A DNA stretch of 62,771 nt, counting the filler, from an uncultured Myxococcia bacterium (lineage in GTDB: Bacteria; CAZTWC01): the NCBI GenBank assembly GCA_964617105.1. It is 6 parts of 6 records of this genome, joined end to end, with 100 filler letters (N's around TTAATTAATTAA, not from the genome) between each part and the next. Parts side by side here need not be neighbours in the genome. Positions count along the whole stretch, not along the records: positions 42,130 to 52,409 come from CAZTWC010000117.1; positions 52,510 to 62,771 come from CAZTWC010000118.1; 4 more parts are not named here. One strand, 5' to 3'. A program made the position numbers and the translations under genes. A model generated the notes under the pieces. That model was given only the letters and a program-made list of their open reading frames with translations, searched no databases and was not told where the DNA came from. Below are positions 50,880 through 58,873 of the stretch, piece by piece. Each line of letters opens with the position of its first letter. Position 1 is the first letter of the stretch.

Positions 50880-51318
50880 ATGACAACTCTACTAAAAACA
50901 AACGTGGTATTATTGGTGATGTTTTTCTTTCTAATGGGGTTTGTCGGTTGCGGCTCCTCATCAGATACTGACAAAAAAGATTCTACCTCAAATGGTGATT
51001 TTACCACGGGTGGAAATACCGAAAATAAAGATGGTGAACAAAAAGATGGAACTGAGACCGATGAAACCGGCAAAGATGGCGCTACCGATGGTTCTGGCAC
51101 CACTGGCAAAGGTGACAATAACAATAACTCTTCAACTGAAACAGTATGGCAAGAACCTGGCAGCAGCGATGGCATGACCTGGGACGAAGCCGTAAAATAT
51201 TGTGAAGACCTTGACACCCAAAAATTTACCGACTGGCGGCTGCCTACAATTGGTGAGTTGAGAACCTTTGTAAAGGGTTGTGATGATACCAAAGAGGGCG
51301 GAGGTTGTGGAGTAACAG
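50880..51318 (+). pseudogene. DUF1566 (Lcl-like) lipoprotein, C-terminally truncated
   Basis: Lipobox FVGC, G/D/T-rich linker, WQ..MTWDEAVKYCEDL..DWRLPTIGEL. Similarity stops after GCGVT and the frame runs on to 51476 in unrelated sequence. Confidence 0.75.
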
Positions 51319-51604
51319 GGCCCTCGAGATTATGGTCGCCCAAGTTGACGGATATAGTTTTGACCGTAACAACTTTTTTGTTTATTTTAATCCCAAAGAC
51401 AACGGCAGGGCGATTTTCTTACCCTGGGGAGTGGATAAAACGTTATCTTCAGAGGAAAAGTTTAGCCATTACTTAACTGCTCATCTGCCACGCCGTTTTT
51501 CTCGTATTCCAAGTCTCGCAAAACGTATGGAAGAAGAATTCAAACGGTTGTTTGATGAGGTATGGAATGATTCTGACCATACGATAATGCTATTCAATTC
51601 CTAA
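51317..51604 (+). pseudogene. C-terminal fragment of a CotH-family kinase
   Basis: ALEIMVAQVDGY..NNFFVYFNP..IFLPWGVDKT fits the CotH D-x-Y..NN..Y..PWD.D core. No N-terminal lobe. Confidence 0.7.
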
Positions 51605-51737
51605 AAGAGCAATTGAGCACTATTTAAACAGCATAAAGAAAAAGTATCAGTGCATATTGTCCCATCCCCCCCATGACATCCCATGTCCATTAATGCAGAA
51701 AAACCCACTGACCAACAGGTGACCAGCGGGGGGATAG

Positions 51738-52025
51738 TTAAATCAACGCTACCGCCACCGCCTCAGGATGCTCAGAGGCCACTTTTAAAAGGGCCATTGC
51801 CGGTCCGGCGGGTTTACGTCGTCCCTGCTCCCAGTTTTGCAGAGTAGATTTGCTTACCCCAATCATTAACGCAAACTCGGACTGGGATTTGTTTAACCGG
51901 CTTCTTATTGCTTTAATGTCTATTGGGCTGAACTCAAAAACCCGGCTGGCCTTTAGTTTGTCCTTTTTTATAGCCCCTGCCTGTTTGATACTCTGGGTAA
52001 GTTGTTCAAAATCTTTTGAGTTCAT
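51738..52025 (-). CDS. higA: HigA/NadS-type XRE-HTH antitoxin
   Basis: FEQLTQSIKQA, DIKAIRSRLNKSQSEFA..TLQNWEQGRRKP.GPA.ALL. Confidence 0.88.
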   Translation of the reverse strand: MNSKDFEQLTQSIKQAGAIKKDKLKASRVFEFSPIDIKAIRSRLNKSQSEFALMIGVSKSTLQNWEQGRRKPAGPAMALLKVASEHPEAVAVALI

Positions 52026-52282
52026 TTGAGATTCTCCTGCACTAATTTTGCCAATACCTTTACCTGTGCCGGTGATAAATCTGTTTGTTTGCTCTTTTTG
52101 TAAGCAAATATTATATAGATTTTTTCAACTGGCGGATCCCAATAGTAGATTACTCTCAATCCACCTTGCTTCCCTTGCCCTGGTAATTTCCACCGGACTT
52201 TCCGAAGGCCATTACTGCCAGGCATGATATCTCCAGCTTCCGGACGCACAATCAAAGCCTGTTGTAATTTGGGTATTTTTGC
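52022..52282 (-). pseudogene. higB: HigB2/RelE-type toxin lacking its N-terminus
   Basis: KLQQALIVRPEAGDIMPGSNGLRKVRW..GKQGGLRVIYY..YKK..DL. In-frame TAG at 52283-52285, and the usual F.ET..F N-terminal segment is absent. Confidence 0.75.
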
Positions 52283-52409
52283 CTATCCCCGCGAAATGTT
52301 AAGTTCTATTGCTTCCACTTTATTCCTTAAGCAGTTGTCTGTCCTCATTTCAGAGAGATCTCAACGCCAACTAACGCTTATTCGCCAATGCCTCCGCGAT
52401 ATTGAAGGC

Positions 52410-52509
52410 NNNNNNNNNNNNNNNNNNNNNNNNNNNNNNNNNNNNNNNNNNNNTTAATTAATTAANNNNNNNNNNNNNNNNNNNNNNNNNNNNNNNNNNN
52501 NNNNNNNNN
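52410..52509. other. Artificial contig linker
   Basis: N44-TTAATTAATTAA-N44. Confidence 0.99.
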
Positions 52510-52563
52510 ATGCGAGATATTTTTGTCGTAATCCCTTCTAATCAGGTCAATGGATTTGGATAC
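52510..52563 (-). CRISPR. Leader-proximal CRISPR repeat plus 15 nt of the first spacer; array cut by contig end
   Basis: Minus strand (GT)ATCCAAATCCATTGACCTGATTAGAAGGGATTACGAC (52525 to ~52563), a repeat-type GGGATT..GAC 3' end, 234 bp downstream of cas2. Only one copy is visible, so boundaries are approximate. Confidence 0.7.
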
Positions 52564-52796
52564 CACTCTTTGCAGGCAATTGAAAATGTTGGGAAATATA
52601 CCCTAAAAACAGGGATCTCGGGGGTATATCCCCCATACCCTGCACCCCATTTTTTGGAATCATGGTTTTCTCCTATAATATCATGCGCTTACAAGATCAG
52701 GGATCTTGAAATGCACTGTTTAATGATTTCAATAACTTAAGTCCGATTTGGATTATTTATATTAGATCCCTGTTTTTTCGGCCTAAGTCGTTGAAA
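52564..52796 (-). promoter_or_regulatory. CRISPR leader with IHF-like boxes and repeated CAGGGATCT motif
   Basis: Non-coding stretch between cas2 and the repeat. One-mismatch WATCAANNNNTTR boxes at 52679, 52727 and (inverted) 52784; CAGGGATCT at 52610, 52698 and (inverted) 52764. Confidence 0.6.
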
Positions 52797-53072
52797 TTAC
52801 ACAATTATGACCTCTTCGTCATCGCGAACACTGCCCAGGCCGGATATTTCTATGTTGCCTTTACAGGTTTTACAGAGAATATAATAGCGGATACTGTCAA
52901 CTTCTCTGTCCAGGTGAAATTCCAGATCCCGCTTTAATTTTAAAAATTGCCTGTCATTGAGATTGCACTCAAACACACTTTTTTGCACTCTCTGACCATA
53001 ATTTGTTAAAATTTTGGCCATTTTTGTCCTTTTGCTTGTTTCTACTATATCATAGGTTATAACATAATACAA
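52797..53072 (-). CDS. cas2: CRISPR-associated endonuclease Cas2
   Basis: YVITYDI, YGQRVQKSVFEC, DSIRYY. Confidence 0.97.
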   Translation of the reverse strand: MYYVITYDIVETSKRTKMAKILTNYGQRVQKSVFECNLNDRQFLKLKRDLEFHLDREVDSIRYYILCKTCKGNIEISGLGSVRDDEEVIIV

Positions 53073-53084
53073 TTTTTCTACTTC

Positions 53085-54137
53085 TCATCCTTTCATCACA
53101 TAGGATTGATATTCCTCTTCATCTTCCAGGCAACGGACCAAAAGCCTTGCCTGTTCCAGGAGGATATCACGATAGGTAAAACGTTTGCCGCGTGGTTCAT
53201 AAAATATCTTTTGGTTTAATTTCGACTCGAATTGCACTAAAAACTTTTTCATCCCCTGGTGAGTGAGGATAATCGGATAATCATCCTTTGCCGGAAACTC
53301 CTCGGCAAAATCAAATGCCGCCGGTTCGTTTTCGTCAGGACAGTAGAAATCAAGGTTTTTGATGATCTTCTTGTTGATCACCGCCAGCACCAGGGCATCG
53401 ACCAATACCGGTCGAAACTCCTCGATAATATCCAGCACCAGCGAGGGTCGGCCGTATTCGGGTTCGTGCAAACAACCAAGATATGGATCGAGTCCGACAA
53501 TATTCACCTGGGTTTGGACGGCATTGGCCAAAAGTGTATAGCCCAGGCTCAAGAGTACATTGACAGGGTCTCTGGGCGGTCGCCGATTTCTACCGTTGAA
53601 ACTAATCTCCTTAACCTTGATCAATTCGGCAAAACAACCAAAATATACCGCTGCCGCTTTGCCTTCGATACCCATAAGACTTTTGGTGGAAACACAGTCG
53701 GGGATTTTTTTGGACAGCACCCGTATTTGATGCAGGGCATTGATCACCTTTTCACTTTTTAGTTGGCGGTTGAGGCTTCGTAGTAGAGTGCGGCAATTAT
53801 TTAGTTTACCGGTAATATATTTGCCGGCTTGTTCCAACTTAAACTGTTTATCCTCCATTTTCTGGAACTGTGCCCGCCGAAGGTCAATATTTTTACCAAA
53901 TTGCGATGTCAGACGACCGCGGTATTTGCCCCGCATCGACATAAAAACGGTGTCTATACCCTCCTGGAGCAAAAAATTGATAGTTGCCGGCGAAAGATTA
54001 ATGTTTCCCATCAACACCATCTGGTTCACCTTGAAAGCATGAACCCAGTGGATAATCTTACCCATTTTTTCGACCAATAACCGCTTGCCGCTCTTTCGCA
54101 ACGAGGCCCCCTGATCGGTAACATAAAATATTGCCAT
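53085..54137 (-). CDS. cas1: CRISPR-associated endonuclease Cas1 (no RT fusion)
   Basis: LMGIEGKAAAVYF, RNRRPPRDPVNVLLSLGY, GLDPYLGCLH, SLVLDIIEEFRP. Confidence 0.97.
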   Translation of the reverse strand: MAIFYVTDQGASLRKSGKRLLVEKMGKIIHWVHAFKVNQMVLMGNINLSPATINFLLQEGIDTVFMSMRGKYRGRLTSQFGKNIDLRRAQFQKMEDKQFKLEQAGKYITGKLNNCRTLLRSLNRQLKSEKVINALHQIRVLSKKIPDCVSTKSLMGIEGKAAAVYFGCFAELIKVKEISFNGRNRRPPRDPVNVLLSLGYTLLANAVQTQVNIVGLDPYLGCLHEPEYGRPSLVLDIIEEFRPVLVDALVLAVINKKIIKNLDFYCPDENEPAAFDFAEEFPAKDDYPIILTHQGMKKFLVQFESKLNQKIFYEPRGKRFTYRDILLEQARLLVRCLEDEEEYQSYVMKG

Positions 54138-54138
54138 T

Positions 54139-55080
54139 TTATAAAGAGATATCCATCATCCCCAATCCAAAAGCAGTCTGTTTGCCGATATGTACCTTTT
54201 GGCAAAAATCGAACAGAGGTAGGTATTCATCCAGGTCACCCTCAAAGGTGATGTCGCCGACAATGCCGCCCATTAGCATATTTTTGTCTTGGCGGCTGGA
54301 GTATCTTTTCCAGTCAAACCATTTCAGGTTGTTTCTGACCACTTTGATGTTTGCCGCCCTGCTCACCAATCCGGCGTAGTCGAGTTGCGGTTCACCGTCA
54401 CCGTGATATTTCATCAGTGATGATACCCTTCTCAGCATAGCCCGCACCAATATATGAAAGGGCAAATCAGCCATGAACTGGTTTTTGTGTTTTAGTCTGA
54501 GTGGAGTTAGAAAATTTAGCTTAATTCTTTTGCCTAACTGGCCGCTTTGTGCCCGTTCAACCGGCATCAATTTCAGCGATACCGGCTCTGGAACTTGAAC
54601 ATTTTGATCAGTTGATGAAAAAACCGGCTTCTCTCCACTCGACACCAGTTCGATTTTAAAGCGGGCACGCCGTCGTCCAATATTTTTGCCAATCCCTGTT
54701 TTGCCCATTTCTATAAAAGCATAGATAAAATATGGCAGATACTGATTCACCTCACCAAACAGCAAAAGGGAAAAACAAAAAGTGGAACCGCCGTCAAAAT
54801 CGGTTTGACTGGTCAAAGGTGGTTCAATCACATAGGGATGAGGTACAGCGGCAATCTTTTTGTTACCGTTTGGGGCATTGTTGCGGTCATCGGTTTCAAA
54901 AGTAATAGAATAGATGCACTTTTCCCGCAAAATACAATCTGAGCAATCCTGCTTTTTCAAAGCGCAAGCCACTCTTTTAAGCGCATTACCAAAAGCCCCC
55001 CGAAAGGTGGAACCTTTATAATACGGCAAAACGGCATTGTCGGTAAAAACACACTTAAAATCGTATTTTTGAAATAGCAT
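54139..55080 (-). CDS. cas6: Cas6 crRNA-processing endoribonuclease (Cys-cluster type)
   Basis: YKGSTFRGAFG, C-x6-CxxC-x5-C, PHPYVIEPP, FLTPLRLK, terminal HIGKQTAFGLG loop. Confidence 0.9.
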   Translation of the reverse strand: MLFQKYDFKCVFTDNAVLPYYKGSTFRGAFGNALKRVACALKKQDCSDCILREKCIYSITFETDDRNNAPNGNKKIAAVPHPYVIEPPLTSQTDFDGGSTFCFSLLLFGEVNQYLPYFIYAFIEMGKTGIGKNIGRRRARFKIELVSSGEKPVFSSTDQNVQVPEPVSLKLMPVERAQSGQLGKRIKLNFLTPLRLKHKNQFMADLPFHILVRAMLRRVSSLMKYHGDGEPQLDYAGLVSRAANIKVVRNNLKWFDWKRYSSRQDKNMLMGGIVGDITFEGDLDEYLPLFDFCQKVHIGKQTAFGLGMMDISL

Positions 55081-56576
55081 TATTTATTTCTCAGTTTCTC
55101 AATATGGGAATCTATTTTCCCCAGTTCCATTTTGATTTTTGAGCCGATATTCGATTTCTTCTTTTTCTTTTTATTTAGTTTCTTTTTTTGTAGGTCTTTT
55201 TCCCATTGGCTAATCTTGTTCTTTAATTGTCTGGCCACAGTCTGTGATAGATCGTCAAGTTGAAACTTATTCTGTTGAGAATAATCATTAAAATCATTAA
55301 TTTTTTTGATTATTTGCATTTGTTCTTGCTCTATAAGGGAGAGATTATGCTCAACTGGCATTGGATTTTGCGTGTCTGTATCTTTTCCAACGGAAGTTTC
55401 CCACTTGATGCCTGACGGTTCAAGCCAATCAGCAATTAATTGATCACGGTCTTCTGTCCATTTCCCCTTTTTTCTTGCACCCAGAGCGAATTTATTCGCT
55501 TTTTCCTTTACTTTTCTGGCGACCTCAACATTGTTCTGTTGTTTTACAAAGTCTTCATTTTCCAACTTTTGTTTTAATTCGCCCCAACCATTGCATATAT
55601 CAATCTTGTCTTTTATCTGAAGTATTGGATCTTCCGAAATCCGCCATATGTTTATGTTATTTAATAAGCCATCATCCTCTTTATCCTGGATAGAAATTGA
55701 AAAACGGCCGTACCCATTGGCGGTTTTAGCTCCGATACCCTCATCTTCAAGGGCGTGTCCGATAGCAATTTTTACCATTTTCGTTAGCTTTTCGCCATTT
55801 TCTGTTTTTTCTACAAGTACCCTGAATGCAAATGAAATACCTGGATTGACAGTCAAAAATTTAATTGGATTTGGATCCTGGGTGTCGGTTGGCGGTTTAG
55901 GTCGATCCCCCGAGTAATAATCACCATAGTGAGGAGTCATGATATCAACGTAAAGTTCTGGTTTGACCGTTGGATAAGCATCGAGAAAAATCGCTTTGCC
56001 ACGGTAAGCACACATCTCTTTTTTGGCATCACACATCTTTTCACCGCCGAATATTTCACTAATAAATGTGGCTGGATCGGTCTCATCCAAATAGAGTCCG
56101 TTTTTGTCATTTTTCAATTTATCAAGAGGATAATTTTTCAGTATTTCCAGAGTATGAGCAAACCTGATAACACCTTTTAGACTGGAGGCTGGGATATAAG
56201 TTATACCCAGGTTATGGTCAAAGGTTATCCCGGTTTCACAGGGATGGGTTTGACCAATTCCAATCACCAACGGACTTTGCAATTTGGCTGTAAGAGTTAG
56301 TATATGGTAGCAACTGGACATATTTTCACAAAACTCTATCTGTTGGTGATGTTTTTTCAGCAGTAAATTGTTTAGTTCCGGGTTACCATTAACAACCTTT
56401 TCGTATTGTTTTTGGTAATAGTTTAGAGCATTTTCACTTTTGCCGGTTTTTTCTTCACAGTATTTAAACATATTTTGTTCACTTACAGGGACAAATTTGT
56501 TGAACCATAGAGAATAATTACCTTTCGAATAGTTTGACAGGCAATTTTGAGTGTCTTTACAGAATGGATAAATCAT
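55080..56576 (-). CDS. cmr6: Type III-B RAMP Cmr6 with ~205-aa C-terminal extension
   Basis: LVIGIG..ETG, YIPASSLKG, FLDAYP, DIMTPHY, PNPIKFLTV, GIGAKTANGYG. Start ATG 56576 after AAGGAGG. Confidence 0.93.
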   Translation of the reverse strand: MIYPFCKDTQNCLSNYSKGNYSLWFNKFVPVSEQNMFKYCEEKTGKSENALNYYQKQYEKVVNGNPELNNLLLKKHHQQIEFCENMSSCYHILTLTAKLQSPLVIGIGQTHPCETGITFDHNLGITYIPASSLKGVIRFAHTLEILKNYPLDKLKNDKNGLYLDETDPATFISEIFGGEKMCDAKKEMCAYRGKAIFLDAYPTVKPELYVDIMTPHYGDYYSGDRPKPPTDTQDPNPIKFLTVNPGISFAFRVLVEKTENGEKLTKMVKIAIGHALEDEGIGAKTANGYGRFSISIQDKEDDGLLNNINIWRISEDPILQIKDKIDICNGWGELKQKLENEDFVKQQNNVEVARKVKEKANKFALGARKKGKWTEDRDQLIADWLEPSGIKWETSVGKDTDTQNPMPVEHNLSLIEQEQMQIIKKINDFNDYSQQNKFQLDDLSQTVARQLKNKISQWEKDLQKKKLNKKKKKKSNIGSKIKMELGKIDSHIEKLRNK

Positions 56577-56586
56577 CAAAGCCTCC

Positions 56587-56964
56587 TTAGAAATTTGCAT
56601 TGGCAAAACGTTTTACCCATTGCAACAGTTTCAGGGTTTCATTTTGGGCATTCAGATATTTTACCTGGTTCATTTTGGAGATTTCCAGCATGAATTCCTT
56701 ACGATTAGTCTGGCTGACAAAGTTGTTGTTTACATCCTTGTTTTTATATGAAAGCCATTGAATCACCATATTCACCAAAGTTGATTGCTTGTTGTTTTCA
56801 TCTGCTTTTGACAACCAGAAAGCCAGGGCCTGGCCAAAGCCGTTTTGTAAAATCATTGAAGGCGCACCAGCGGCGAAGTTTTTAAATTTACCTTTTTTCT
56901 TATCTGGTATTTCCAATACCATGGACAAAGCATACTCAGATCTCTTTTGTTCCACTGTTCTCAT
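56587..56964 (-). CDS. cmr5: Type III-B small subunit Cmr5
   Basis: MRTVEQKRSEYA, APSMILQNGFGQALAF, LQWVKRFA. Confidence 0.93.
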   Translation of the reverse strand: MRTVEQKRSEYALSMVLEIPDKKKGKFKNFAAGAPSMILQNGFGQALAFWLSKADENNKQSTLVNMVIQWLSYKNKDVNNNFVSQTNRKEFMLEISKMNQVKYLNAQNETLKLLQWVKRFANANF

Positions 56965-57836
56965 TTGGCACCTCCATTGATCCAGGAAATTTGACAAATA
57001 CCACGTCCCAGGGTTTCATCGCCCCCTATTTGGATAAAATCTTTGACTGCATCTTCCAGCCAAGTTTTTATTTGGTTGGCCTGAATTATGGTTTCAAAAT
57101 TTTGCCGGCTATAATGAGCGGCTGAATACATGACTGTGTCAGAAGGAAGAAGTTCTTCGTACCTGAGAGCACTATCTTTAGCTGTGCCGGTTTCGGCATC
57201 AATTTTAATTTGGGTTTGAATTTCTGTACAGGATGAAACCACATAGTCAAACATCTTATCAGATATTATTAGCAACCTGTCCAGGTTATTGAATTTATCT
57301 TTAAAGAAATTAAACCGACAATCTCCCTGGGCATTTACTACTGCATCTTCTAATATAACTTCTCCAATAATATTATTTTTGTTATCTCCGATAATTTTGG
57401 CTTGTGTGTCTTCGAGATTCGGGATTTCACCTCCTAATTCGAGACCGGCAAACCTGAGATCATTTTCTAACCGTTGCAAAACTGCCGGACTGGTAACCCA
57501 TACAAAAGGGGCAATATTGGAGCGCACGGGAAAAGCCAATATCTTGGCATCAAAAAAGGCAACCGCACCAGGCAGGTTATCTTTTTTTTTGTCCCAACCG
57601 TCTTGCTCGTCAGACCCAAATATCTGGTTTATTTGCTCCCTGGCATTATTATCGGCGAAATTACGAAAATGGGCTCGAAAAGCCCCTTTTACCGCCGAAG
57701 CCTGAATGTGGGGCCAGTTGGTATGCCGCTCCCTTTGAATGGGCAGATCTACAGCACCGGTGGCAGAACCGCTTCCGGCATGGATTGGAGAAACAGCGTA
57801 CAGTTGACACAGTGAAATGATCTCTTTCTTAAACAT
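56961..57836 (-). CDS. cmr4: Type III-B RAMP Cmr4 (target RNA cleavage subunit)
   Basis: SPIHAGSG..VDLPIQRE (catalytic Asp present), ASAVKG, LRYEELLP, QIGGDETLGRG. Confidence 0.96.
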   Translation of the reverse strand: MFKKEIISLCQLYAVSPIHAGSGSATGAVDLPIQRERHTNWPHIQASAVKGAFRAHFRNFADNNAREQINQIFGSDEQDGWDKKKDNLPGAVAFFDAKILAFPVRSNIAPFVWVTSPAVLQRLENDLRFAGLELGGEIPNLEDTQAKIIGDNKNNIIGEVILEDAVVNAQGDCRFNFFKDKFNNLDRLLIISDKMFDYVVSSCTEIQTQIKIDAETGTAKDSALRYEELLPSDTVMYSAAHYSRQNFETIIQANQIKTWLEDAVKDFIQIGGDETLGRGICQISWINGGAK

Positions 57837-57850
57837 GTTAGTCTCCTTGT

Positions 57851-58873
57851 CTAAATATCGATAAAATTGCTATTGATTTTTTCATTGAACACAGTTCCGG
57901 CTGGAAAAATACCTTGCATTGGCTTGTGAAAACGTTTCTTCAAATCCCAGCCACCAAGATAGAGAGGTTTACCGGTGGCAACCAGGGCCTGATTCGCATC
58001 ATCGTTGGCCGGCAACATCGAGAGTGACATATAGCGTGCATCAAGATCTGTACCGCCGGATAACACTTCCATTCCAATCGAAGAAGTTGGAAATTTAATA
58101 TCTTTTTGATAGTGGCCAAATCGCTGCTCACCACCTAGAGTGAGTACACCATCCTTGTTAAGGGGAATATTTGTGTCTGTGCTCAGGCCAAACAACAGGC
58201 TCACACCACTGTTCAGTCTTGCATGACTAAAAGAATAAAGACGATGTTCACGAACTCCCCGGTTTTTTTTTAGGGCTATACCCGTTCTGCTTTCAAAACC
58301 AAACAGTGCCTCGTTTTCCAGTAAAATGTTTTCATGTTTATCTATTCTATTTGTATCGTTTTCATTCGGAAGATAGAATACAGAGTCGGTTTTATTGTCC
58401 AGAGCGGAAAAATCAATCCATTTGCCGCCCAGGCTTTCCAACTCTCCACCCTGGCTTTTTGTCCAATATGTTTTGCTTCCCTTTACCTTTATTAAAGAAC
58501 TCTGCAAATATTTACATTTGTATATCTGTCTTTTACCAATCTCTTTGGTTTGTTTTTCCATAAACCAACTATATGGTGCCGGAAAAAATATTTTTTCTTT
58601 TGCACTAAAAAGAGGACCTAACACCTCAAAAGGAGGGGGATCGCCAGCTTTTCCAATTGCATCGATAATTTTTTGGTCTATATTTCGATTTTTCTTGTAG
58701 TCAATAAAATCAACACTATTTTGTTTCAGGCAGGCAGTTCTGATTGCCCCTGCAATAGTTGAAACAGGCGGAGGAAAATTGGCCGAAGCGGTATGATTTT
58801 CACCCAGGTTCATCGGCTCGGCACCCCTGATAAAAAGGGTATCGGCGGGATAAAAGTTGTACCATTCAATCAT
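57851..58873 (-). CDS. cmr3: Type III-B Cmr3 (Cas5 family)
   Basis: PADTLFIRG, FPPPVSTIAGAIR, RTGIAL, LGGEQR, GGWD..KP..PAGTVF. Confidence 0.93.
   Translation of the reverse strand: MIEWYNFYPADTLFIRGAEPMNLGENHTASANFPPPVSTIAGAIRTACLKQNSVDFIDYKKNRNIDQKIIDAIGKAGDPPPFEVLGPLFSAKEKIFFPAPYSWFMEKQTKEIGKRQIYKCKYLQSSLIKVKGSKTYWTKSQGGELESLGGKWIDFSALDNKTDSVFYLPNENDTNRIDKHENILLENEALFGFESRTGIALKKNRGVREHRLYSFSHARLNSGVSLLFGLSTDTNIPLNKDGVLTLGGEQRFGHYQKDIKFPTSSIGMEVLSGGTDLDARYMSLSMLPANDDANQALVATGKPLYLGGWDLKKRFHKPMQGIFPAGTVFNEKINSNFIDI

Noticed and set aside
50880-51476. DUF1566 gene as a diversity-generating retroelement target
   Set aside because: No reverse transcriptase and no template/variable repeat pair differing at adenines, and the C-terminal part of the domain is deleted.
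52340-52409. GCGTTAGTTGGC (minus strand) near the TA module as an integron attC core
   Set aside because: It does not fit GTTRRRY, no complementary RYYYAAC arm forming a hairpin is visible, and there is no integrase.
10575-52509. Five identical TTAATTAATTAA palindromes at ~10.4-kb spacing
   Set aside because: Each sits in the centre of N44 runs. They are artificial contig-joining linkers, and ORFs that end in them (20564..21214, 31661..34165, 52224..52457) are truncated or false.
52510-52740. 76-aa ORF at the start of the last contig
   Set aside because: It overlaps the CRISPR repeat and leader, starts at the first base after the gap, and shows no protein features.
51738-53072. Toxin-antitoxin pair apparently next to the CRISPR array (CreTA-like or effector link)
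   Set aside because: A linker at 52410-52509 separates them, so there is no evidence of physical linkage.
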